From contig NC_092676.1 of the NCBI RefSeq assembly GCF_964355755.1, positions 23,144,871-23,208,870 on the forward strand: 64,000 nt of DNA. The letters are read 5' to 3'. This DNA comes from Antedon mediterranea. Taxonomy: Eukaryota > Animalia > Echinodermata. Both the position numbers and the translations under genes were made by a program. Of the stretch, positions 13,401 through 25,400 are shown one piece after another. Each line of letters starts with the position of its first letter. The first letter of the stretch is position 1. The notes under the pieces were generated by a model, which did no database searches, was not told where the DNA came from, and saw only the letters and a program-made list of their open reading frames with translations.

Positions 13401-16400
13401 GAAATAGTTTATAATCATGTGATAAAAAACAAGTAATTGTACTGGTCCTCTTCCAATTAAAGATCACTTCAATTTAAACACTTCCATTTAGCGACCGTTT
13501 TATTATTTTGTATGAGTACAGACAAGAGGAATAAATAGTTTATAATCATGTGATAAAAAACAAGTAATTGTACTGGTCCTCTTCCAATTAAAGATCACTT
13601 TACTTTAATACACTTCCAATTAGCGACCGTTTTATTATTTTGTACGAGCACAGACAAGAGGAATAAATAGTTTATAATCATGTGATTAAAAACAAGTAAT
13701 TGTACTGGTCCGCTCAAGGCGCATTAAAAAAAAAAATAATAAAAACAAATCATACAACTCTCCCGGTCCCGAGAGCCGCTGTTTTGAGGTTGACCTGACA
13801 ATTGTGGCAATTACCAATTGGGACATTACCCTTGTTGGACATCTGGTAAAAATAAATACTGATTATGCTGCCACTTTAGTACACAAAACGATAAATAAAA
13901 AAAAATAATACAACTTGTAGCATTCCATTTAAACACAGTAGGCCCTGTTCAAAACTGCTAGTGTAGAAAAGTCAAATCCACCCATATAATAAAACCTAGA
14001 ACTAGCTAATGATGTAGAAACACCAACAGCTTATTTATCAAATAAAAATCAACATTATACTCATGTACAACTCAACAGGTAATGTAGTAACGAAAATTGC
14101 CTCACAGCTAATGTAGTTAATATCGCCAGCTAATAAAATATTATATATTTTACAAACCTAAATGTCTAAATCATGTGCAAATGTATTTCTCTACTTGCCG
14201 TCAGTCTATCCACCTCTCGTAAGTGATCGGCTTTCAAAACTTAGCACTCTGATCGTAAGCAACCACCCTTGTTAGCGACCACCTTTAATATTTAAAAGGG
14301 ACTACCTCTGTTAAAGGACCGCTTCTCACAATGGACAACCTCCTGAAGGGGTAACCACCTCTCATAACGGACTGCTTTCATAAACTACCACCGCTCGTAG
14401 ACGACCACTTCTTTTACCGACTACACCTCCCGTAAGTGACCACCTCAATAGAGGTGGTAATTTGCGAAAGGTGGTCGTTACGGAATTATGAGAAGTGGTC
14501 CCTTAGGAGAGGTGGACGTTTTTTTTTTATAGATTATTCGAAAAATACAAAAAACCGAAATACCCTTGAGTGAACGAATAATTATGATGCGCAATTAAGG
14601 TGTTTATTTTGCCATATAAAATATAAAAAAATAAATATTTTTTGGTAATATGCATCAACAATATTTTTCAAATGTATTTTAGATAAATAAATAAATAATG
14701 TAAAATCTCGAAACAAAAAAATATTGTGACTAACCAATTCAATGTTTTATTAAATAAAACCAAAAATCAGGCATCTGTGAAAAAAAATATAATGAAAAAG
14801 AACTCACTTTAACAATGACGAACTTACTTGTTTAAAGCACTTTTGTTATCAGTTAATATTATTAAATTAGTAACAGTATTATGAATATTACAAAATAATA
14901 TTTTGAGAACTGAAAAATATTTTGAGGGAACAAATATATTTAGGGAGAACAAAATAAGATTTCAAGAACTGAACAATATAAAAAATGAATTACTACTTCG
15001 AGACAAGGAATGATCGAGAGAACGAAATAATTTCGAGGGAAATTATTTCGTTCTCTCGCGAATTAGTAATTCGAATTCCAATGAAATAATATTTCGAGAG
15101 AATGAAAATAGGTAGGCCCTATGCCTATATGATTTAGTGATATTCATTCCCTAGAAATAATAATACAGTACCGGTAGGCTATATATTTTTTCAAGTTATC
15201 AGATTTACTTCAAATTGACAACAGGTTGTATATACTCAATCAAAAACAAACAATTTAATTTGATTAGACTATATGTCTCCAGATATAATAATAGTAATAT
15301 TTATTTCAATCGACTTGATATTTTGCGATTCAAGTTGGTATTCTAAGGAATTATAATTACCCTAACGGGAGTTGGTGACCTTCCAGAGCCCTAGTTTTTA
15401 CGGGGTTAATATGATGTCGATGTCCCTACTTTTTTATCGATGAAAGCTGCCCGGGTGGTTGCAGCCATTTTCAACAGCTGGTATTACACTATTCAATGCT
15501 GAAAATTGTCCAGTGGACACTTTCAAACACCGGACACATTTAAATCTTACACCGGCATCGACATGACCTGCTTTAGACCTAGTAATATTCTAGGGATATT
15601 CCCCGCAATGCCAGACGGGCATTCTGTGAGAACGTATTGCCGTTATATTCCGGGGTTCCCCGTCGAGGCTTTGACACCTTGCGCAGTCAAGTGTATCACT
15701 TTGGCGCCTATTCAATTCAATTAACAATAATAATGTGGAACTGGAGGGATAATGAGATAAGAGAGCTGCTTAAAATAAGGGGACAAGAAGAAATTTGTAG
15801 CATAATCTATATAGGCCTAGGCCGCTAGGCTAGGCCATTAGCTCTTTGTTTGTTGGTGCCTGACCTTTCGTCGCCTTGTAAATTGTAGGCCTACAGCCTT
15901 CTAAGGTGTTTTACAGATTGCCGATGACGGCAAATTAATTGCTATACCTGTATAATATATGCACAATATACTGTACATAGCATGTATTGCATAAATATGC
16001 TATAAAGGAAGATAATAATCTGTAACTTAACATTCGCCGCCATATCATCCAGGTATATAAACTATACCAAACTGGCGAGTAAATCATGTTTTACTTTTTA
16101 AACATCGCAACGTCTGGTTGAAAAGGCTACTCGGACCAATAATTTCTATTAGCCTAGGGGTTATTGCGATTTGGACGTTTCTGATTGGCTGTAGCCATGG
16201 ACTATATTGATTAACACTGTTCTGATTGGTTGTAGCTTTGAATACATCTTCTCGGAACTCGTCCTTAATACAATAGCAATTTAGCACAGTGTTTTACTAT
16301 ATAACCAGATAAATAATAGGAAACATTTAATAATTTGATAAATGACATTTAAATAGAAATTTAGGTAAATGTCTTTTGAAATGAAATTAAATAAATTATA

Positions 16401-19400
16401 ACCAATTTGGTTAGAGTAAAACACAATGATAAAGAATAGGAAACATTTAATAATAATTATGATAAATTACATTTACATAGCAATTTACCACTGTGTTTTA
16501 CTATAACCAATTTGGTTAGAGTAAAACACAATGATAAAGAATAAGAAACATTTAATAACATGATAAATGACATTTACATAGCAATTTAGCACTGTGTTTT
16601 ACTATAACCAATTTGGTTAGAGTAAAGCACAATGATAAAGAATAGGAAACATTTAAAAATATGATAAATTACATTTACATAGCAATTTAGCACTGTGTTT
16701 TACTATAACCAATTTGGTTAGAGTAAAACACAATGATAAAGAATAAGAAACATTTAATAACATGATAAATGACATTTACATAGCAATTTAGCACTGTGTT
16801 TTACTATAACCAATTTGGTTAGAGTAAAGCACAATGATAAAGAATAGGAAACATTTAATAACATGATAAATGACATTCACATAGCAATTTAGCACTGTGT
16901 TTTACTATAACCAATCAGATTAGAGTAAAACACAATGATAAAGAATAGGAAACATTTAATAATATGATATATAACATTTACATAGCAATTTAGCACTGTG
17001 TTTTACTATAACCAATTTGATTAGAGTAAAACTCAACGATAAAGAATAGGAAACATTTAATAACATGATAAATTACATTTACATAGCAATTTATCACTGT
17101 GTTTTACTATAACCAATTTGGTTAGAGTAAAACACAATGATAAAGAATAGGAAACATTTAATAATATGATAAATTACATTTACATAGCAATTTATCACTG
17201 TGTTTTACTATAACCAATTTGGTTAGAGTAAAACACAATGATAAAGAATAGGAATTTAATAATATGATATATAACATTTACATAGCAATTTAGCACTGTG
17301 TTTTACTATAACCAATTTGGTTAGAGTTAAACACAATGATAAAGAATAGGAAACATTTAAAAATATGATAAATGACATTCACATAGCAATTTAGCACTGT
17401 GTTTTACTATACCAATTTGATTAGAGTAAAACACAATGATAAAGAATATGAAACATTTAATAATATGATAAATTGCTAGCACTGTGTTTTACTATACCAA
17501 TTTAGTTTTGGATAAAGAATATGAATTTAAAGAATGGATATAATATGATATGATACAATATGATTTTCTCCAAATTAGTAAGACATTTTGGAATACTGCG
17601 TGCGTAGTGCACCTAACAAGATCATGTTCGCTATTTAAAACTCACATTTTAAAACCGTAAACGCATATATTTGCGGACATACTCGTAAAACACACTTCCA
17701 GAGATTTAATAATTTTAACAGTACTACAAAATCCATAATATAAAGTAGTATAGATTTGTACAAAAAGAGCAGAACAATTAAATTAACTGTCATTACATCT
17801 ACTGAACTGTCTCATTACATCTACTGAAAAATTCATCGCGATGAATTTATTTATAATACACCAATCAGATCACACGCAATTAGTATGGAATGCCAGTTTA
17901 GGCGATGATAAAATCGCGTCGATGATGCAATGAAAATTGCGTCGATGTGATGAAATTGCGTCGATGAATATAGTATTGATGTAATGAAAATATAAGTCGA
18001 TGTGATGAACATTGCGTCGATGAAAATTGCGTCGATGTAATGAAAATTGCGTTAATGTGATGAAAATTGCGTCGATGAAAATTGCGTCGATGAAAACTGC
18101 ATCGATGAAAACTGCATCGATGAAAATTGCGATCTCCCTGCCGGTATGATTTGAATATGATGTCATGGATGCTGGACATCTGAATTTTATGTAGGCCTAC
18201 TGAACTGGTGGATTAACGGAAGCAATTAGCTAGAAGATATAATGTGTCCGAAAGGACAATAATGGATCCATTGCTAAAATGTGTTGACAATAAATCACTA
18301 AAATGTTAATCAGTGCATATATTTCAACATTGTTTTAGTGCGCGCTCACTGTGCGCTTGTCTATAACGCGCGCTAGCGCAAGCGGTAAACATGTTTATCA
18401 TATCAAAATATTCAGAAACCGTCAATTTTTAGCAACATAATAACATTATTAACATCATTATTAACATCATCATTTACTTTACTAGTAGTCATTTTCATCA
18501 TTGATTGAATTAAAACCATTTGGAATTTTCATAATCAATTAAATTCATCACATCAATTTTCATCGATGCAGTTTTCATCGACACAATTTTCATCGATGCA
18601 ATTTTCATCGACGCAATGTAAATTGCGTCGACGCAATCTACATTGCGTCGATGCAATTTTCATTGACGCAATTTCATCATCGACGCAATTTTTATCATCG
18701 CCAAAAACTTGTGTAAAACGGCGTTCCATAATTAGTGACGAATCGCATATTCGCCGTTTATTGTTGAGGCGCGTAAACAGTGTGCGCAATGCACGTTTTC
18801 TTCCCATGACGAGACGAATCGATATTCGACGCTTCGTGTGACGAATAATCGCCAAATTATAATTAATATAATTAATTAATGAAATAAGATACGCAGTTGA
18901 TGTTTGCATCAATTGTTCTTTAGAATAAATACTTTCGAAATACAAAACAAAAAATGTGTGGTGAGTGACGATATGTTCAATCATGGACCTATAAATTACT
19001 AATTTATAGGTCCATGATTCAATATCTGTAGCTTCAATTCAAACATAATGTAACAGAAAATTCGAAGTGTAAAAAACGTTCGTTTACACAACACTTTTTT
19101 TTATACTTTATTAGTGATTATTATATTATACAGGAATACTATTTATTTCCTCATTTCTACCCAAGAATAAACAATTTTTGGATACAAAACTTTATGCATG
19201 TGAATTACATTACCAAAATATTAAAATGAGGATAAAAAAACATCGCGTAAAATACTCGTATTCAAAAGCTTCTGAAATTTGTAGATATATGTCATGAAAA
19301 AGAAATTTGACATTCCCAATAATTTTTTTTGGCAAAAATGTAATATATGAAACATACAATTTACATAGTTTATCATTGTTTTTTATTAGAACCAATATGG

Positions 19401-22400
19401 TTACACAGTTAAACATAGTGATAAAGACTAGATACTTGTTAGGTTACTACCCTACCCTCTAGTTTGAAGCGACATTATAAATTCATCGAGAAAAAAAACG
19501 CATCGTATTCAGAAACGTTTGACATTTTGTATAGATATATTCAATAAGACGAAACAAATTATAAATTTCAAGACAAATCGATGACTTCCATTATTTGCAT
19601 TTCTAAAAATTCACACTTATGAAAGACCATACATTTTCAACATATTCGTTTTTTCTGTGTACCGAGTTTAGAAACTTTTTGAATACCAGACGTATTTTGT
19701 GATGCTTTTTCATTTGAATTGTAGTATAAAATGTCATTGAAACGAGATAAAAATCATACAAGACATGTTATAATAGGTTGCTCTATATACATAACAAAAT
19801 TAGTTATTTTTTTTTGGTAAGAATCGCCAATGAAGTAGAAAGTTATTTCAGATGTAGTGTGCATTTATACGTCATTAATAGTAGGCCTAAAATATAATAT
19901 TAAATATTATAAAGAATATCAAACATTTTATGTTATGAAAAATAAAATTTACATATAAGTTTATCATTGTGTTTTACTATAACCATTTTGGTTAAAAGTT
20001 AAACACAGTGAGTGATAAAGAATATAACTGTTTTAGTTTATTTAACCCTAACCCTAGTTTGAAGCGATCACATATTTAATATTCATCGCTAAAAATACGT
20101 ATCGTCTTGAAAAACGTTTGATATTTGGTAGATATGTCCAATATAGGTTCTTACATCTATAATGCAAAAGAAATATCCTAATAGTTTTATTTTGATTTCT
20201 GGGAATCATCAATGAAGTAAAAATGTGTTGGAAATGTATTGTCTTTCATAAGTGTAAATGTTTAGAAATGCAAATTATTAAAATCACGAATTTGTCTTGA
20301 AACTTTTATTTTTTGTTTGTTTTATAGACGTAAGAACCTATTGAACATATTTACCAAATTTCAAATGTTTCTGAATACGATACGTATTTTTTCGCGATGA
20401 ATTAAGTATGTGATCGTTTCAAACTAGGGTTAGAGTTATATAACCTAAAACATGCAGTGTCTATTCTTTATCACTGTGTTTAACTGTGTAACCAAATTGG
20501 TTCTGTAAAACAAGATGATAAACTATGTAACTTGTATTTATTATTATTACATTATATGTATCCTATAATGTAATATGAAAAATAAAATGTACATAGTTTA
20601 TCCTTGTGTTGTACTAAAACCAATTTGGTTAAAAGTTAAACACAGTGTTAAAGAATGGAACTGTTAGGTTATTTAACCCTAACCCTAGTTTGAAGCGATC
20701 ACATACTTAATTCATCGATAAAAATACGTATCGTCTTAAAAAACGTTTGAAATTTGGTACATGTTCAATATAGGTTCTTACATCTATAATGTAAAAGAAA
20801 TATCATAATTTGTTTTAATTTGATTTCTGGGAATCATCAATGAAGTAAAAATGTGTTGGAAAATGTATAGTATTTCATAAGTGTACATTTTTAGAAATGC
20901 AAATTATTAAAATCACGAATTTTTCGTGAAATTTATATTTTTTGTTTGTGTTATAGACGTAAGAACCTATTAAACATATCTAACAAATTTCAAAAGTTTC
21001 TGAATATGATACGTACTTTTTCGCGATGAATTTATTATGTCGCTTCAAACTAGGGTTAGGGTTATATAACCTAAAACAGTATCTATTCTTTATCACTGTG
21101 TTTAACTGTGTCACCAAATTGGTTCTGTAAAACAAGATGATAAACTATGTAACTTGTATTTATTATATTATTACATTATATGTATCCTATTCTTTATCAT
21201 AACGTTTAGATAATAAGATATGTTTAATATAATATTTTGCTATGTAAATAACATCATATAATAAATGTTTCATTATCATTGTGTTTTACTGTAACTAAAT
21301 TGGCTATAGTAAAACACAATACTAAATTTGTATGTAAATGTATCATATTATTATATGTTTCCTATTCTTTATTTGTGTTTTACTGTATCCAGCACAGTGC
21401 TAAATATCATTTATCATAGTTAAAATGTTTTACTCTAACCAAATTGGTTATAGTAAAACACAGTGATAAATTACTATGTAAATGTCATTTATCATATTAT
21501 TAAATGTTTCCTATTCTTTATCATTGTGCTTTACTCTAATCAAATTGGTTATAGTAAAACACAGTGCTAAATTTCTATGTGAATGTCATTTATCATGTTA
21601 TTAAATGTTCCTATACTATATCATTGTGTTTTACTCTAATCAAATTGGTTATAGTAAAACACAGTGATAAATTGCTATGTAAATAATCATTATTATTAAA
21701 TGTTTCCTATTCTATATCATTGTGCTTTACCATAACCGAATTGGTTATAGTAAAACACAGTGCTAAATTGCTATGTAAATGTCATTTATCATATTATTAA
21801 ATGTTTCCTATTCTATATCATTGTGCTTTACCATAACCAAATTGGTTATAGTAAAACACAGTGCTAAATTGCTATGTGAATGTCATTTATCAAATTATTA
21901 AATGTTTCATATTCTTTATCATTGTGTTTTACTTTAACCAAATTGTTTATAGTAAAACACAGTGCTAAATTGCTATGTAAGTCATTTATCATATTATTAA
22001 ATGTTTCCTATTCTATATCATTGTGCTTTACCATAACCAAATTGATTATAGTAAAACACAGTGCTAAATTGCTATGTAAATGTTATTTATCAAATTATTA
22101 AATGTTTCCTATTCTTTATCATTATGTTTTACTTTAACCAAATTGGTTATAGTAAAACACAGTGATAAATTGCTATGTAAATGTCATTTATCATATTATT
22201 AAATGTTTCCTATTCTATATCATTGTGCTTTACCATAACCAAATTGGTTATAGTAAAACACAGTGATAAATTGCTATGTAAATGTCATTTATCATATTAT
22301 TAAATGTTTCCTATTCTATATCATTGTGCTTTACCATAACCAAATTGGTTATAGTAAAACACAGTGATAAATTGCTATGTAAATGTCATTTATCATATTA

Positions 22401-25400
22401 TTAAATGTTTCCTATTCTATATCATTGTGTTTTACTATAACCAAATTGGTTATAGTAAAACACAGTGCTAAATTGCTATGTAAATAATCATTATTATTAA
22501 ATGTTTCCTATTCTTTATCATTGAACTTTACCATAACCAAATTGGTTATAGTAAAACACAGTGCTAAATTGCTATGTAAATGTCATATATCATATTATTA
22601 AATTCCTATTCTTTATCATTCTGCTTTACTTTAACCAAATTGGTTATAGTAAAACACAGTGCTAAATTGCTATGTAAATGTCATTTATCATATTATTAAA
22701 TGTTTCCTATTCTTTATCATTGTGTTTTACTTTAACCAAATTGGTTATAGTAAAACACAGTGCTAAATTGCTATGTAAATGTCATTTATCAAATTATTAA
22801 ATGTTTCCTATTCTATATCATTGTGTTTTACTCTAACCAAATTGGTTATAGTAAAACACAGTGCTAAATTGCTATGTGAATGTCATATATCATATTATTA
22901 AATGTTTCCTATTCTTTATCATTGTGTTTTACTCTAACCAAATTGGTTATAGTAAAACACAGTGCTAAATTGCTATGTAAATGTCATATATCATATTATT
23001 AAATTCCTATTCTTTATCATTCTGCTTTACTTTAACCAAATTGTTTATAGTAAAACACAGTGCTAAATTGCTATGTAAATGTCATTTATCATGTTATTAA
23101 ATGTTTCCTATTCTATATCATTGTGTTTTACTCTAACCAAATTGGTTATAGTAAAACACAGTGCTAAATTGCTATGTAAATGTCATTTATCATATTATTA
23201 AATGTTTCCTATTCTATATCATTGTGTTTTACTCTAACCAAATTGGTTATAGTAAAACACAGTGATAAATTGCTATGTAATGACATTTATCATATTATTA
23301 AACGTTTCCTATTCTTTATCATTGTGTTTTACTCTAACCAAATTGGTTATAGTAAAACACAGTGATAAATTGCTATGTAAATGTCATATATCATATTATT
23401 AAATTCCTATTCTTTATCATTCTGCTTTACTTTAACCAAATTGGTTATAGTAAAACACAGTGCTAAATTGCTATGTAAATGTCATTTATCATATTATTAA
23501 ATGTTTCCTATTCTTTATCATTGTGTTTTACTTTAACCAAATTGGTTATAGTAAAACACAGTGCTAAATTGCTATGTAAATGTCATTTATCAAATTATTA
23601 AATGTTTCCTATTCTATATCATTGTGTTTTACTCTAACCAAATTGGTTATAGTAAAACACAGTGCTAAATTGCTATGTGAATGTCATATATCATATTATT
23701 AAATGTTTCCTATTCTTTATCATTGTGTTTTACTCTAACCAAATTGGTTATAGTAAAACACAGTGCTAAATTGCTATGTAAATGTCATATTATCATATTA
23801 TTAAATTCCTATTCTTTATCATTCTGCTTTACTTAAACCAAATTGTTTATAGTAAAACACAGTGCTAAATTGCTATGTAAATGTCATTTATCATATTATT
23901 AAATGTTTCCTATTCTATATCATTGTGTTTTACTCTAACCAAATTGGTTATAGTAAAACACAGTGATAAATTGCTATGTAATGACATTTATCATATTATT
24001 AAACGTTTCCTATTCTTTATCATTGTGTTTTACTCTAACCAAATTGGTTATAGTAAAACACAGTGATAAATTGCTATGTAATGACATTTATCATATTATT
24101 AAACGTTTCCTATTCTTTATCATTGTGTTTTACTCTAACCAAATTGGTTATAGTAAAACACAGTGATAAATTGCTATGTAAATGTCATTTATCATATTAT
24201 TAAATGTTTCCTATTCTTTATCATTGTGTTTTACTCTAACCAAATTGGTTATTGTAAAACACAGTATATTTTACCTCAACAACATGTAACATCGCCGCAA
24301 AATTGTTTATACGTTTATTTTGATTGGCTAACTAAAGTACGGTCTAATGAATATTGATATCAGAAGATTCCCTAGCTTAGTGAAAAAGTTTTATTACCAA
24401 AAATATGCTGATCTCGTCACTACCGGAAGTTGTAGTCTAGCATGATGCAGACGCAATTGATTATGTACGTTTGTTAAACATATAAAAAGCTGTAAATTAC
24501 CACAAAACGACAATAGGAAAGAATTCAAAGAAATGCCCTACGTGTTCAAAATCATTGTTTTAATATAGTCTGTATGTATAACTAACAATTGACCTTGTGG
24601 AAGAGCGTATACATTTAATTTAAAGTAAAACATGATTTACTCGCCAATTTGGTATTGGATATATAGCTCTATCATCGCTAGACAAAAATAATAACAATAA
24701 AGGACGCCCTCAATAATTATTTTGTCAGAGACTTTTTATTGGCCGAATATGCCCGACTCCTTTCTCACAGAAAGCCGGTATATACCGGTTATATTTCCGG
24801 CACGATAGTCCGATGAGAATGGGTATATGCCGGTAACGATACCGGCACGACGCCAGCACTGTACCGGTATATTGCAGGCACATCTGTGAGAAAGGGGCTA
24901 TGTTTCATTCCAATATTTATTTACTAGACTGCATATGGATTTGGCGTAATCCAACAAGCGCTACGGCGGATTGCAGGTTGGAGTGGAGTTGTGATAACGC
25001 TGTCATTATTGCTGATGTTTACGTCAGCAACTGAATTGATCAGGTAGGCTAGTTGAAATATAATATAATAATGTGTAAATATGTATGACATAATGCCCAT
25101 ACATGGGCATTATGTCATACACTACCATATTTGGGCACATCACACTTTTTTCAAAATTTGTTGGTAGTGTAGCCAGAACTTAATATATAGTTTTTTTTAT
25201 AGATATAAAGGCGGTCTTCATACTCTGTTTATATTCCTTAACTTTTTTTTCAGACATTCATACTTCGAAACGTTTTGGGTAACACATCATTTATTCATAA
25301 TTTATTTTGGATTTCTGCTCGTCCACGGAATTGAGTGAGTACATCAATTAAATATTAAAGTTCATTTTAGAATTAATACATTTTATTGAACGCATTTTAG

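Larger units (their letters stand above)
16054..24665. mobile_element. Foldback-like element, ~8.6 kb, with inverted satellite arms
   Basis: ~44-bp imperfect TIR (TATATA...TACCAAAYTGGCGAGTAAATCATGTTTTACTTT) at 16054-16097 and 24622-24665 encloses two arrays of the same 101-bp satellite in opposite orientation. Confidence 0.7.
10404..24898. mobile_element. Large degenerate Harbinger-like element hosting nested insertions (most of NOX B intron 4)
   Basis: Inverted ends CCCCTTTCTCACAGA (10405) and TCTGTGAGAAAGGGG (24883-24897) share internal sub-repeats. An internal inverted pair lies at ~10500-10570 / ~15475-15552. A Myb/SANT-like peptide [21 protein letters not shown] starts at ~15733. Confidence 0.55.

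Noticed and set aside
17870-18984. ORFs with FHRRN/IDAIF repeats
   Set aside because: They arise from the 15-bp tandem arms of a MITE
20044-21063. Interstitial telomere array
   Set aside because: Only two hexamers per site, embedded in a larger repeat unit
21880-24357. Repeated 61-73 aa ORFs and a CRISPR-like look (palindromic repeats)
   Set aside because: This is a 101-bp satellite; the intervening sequences are not unique spacers, there are no cas genes, and the context is a eukaryotic intron
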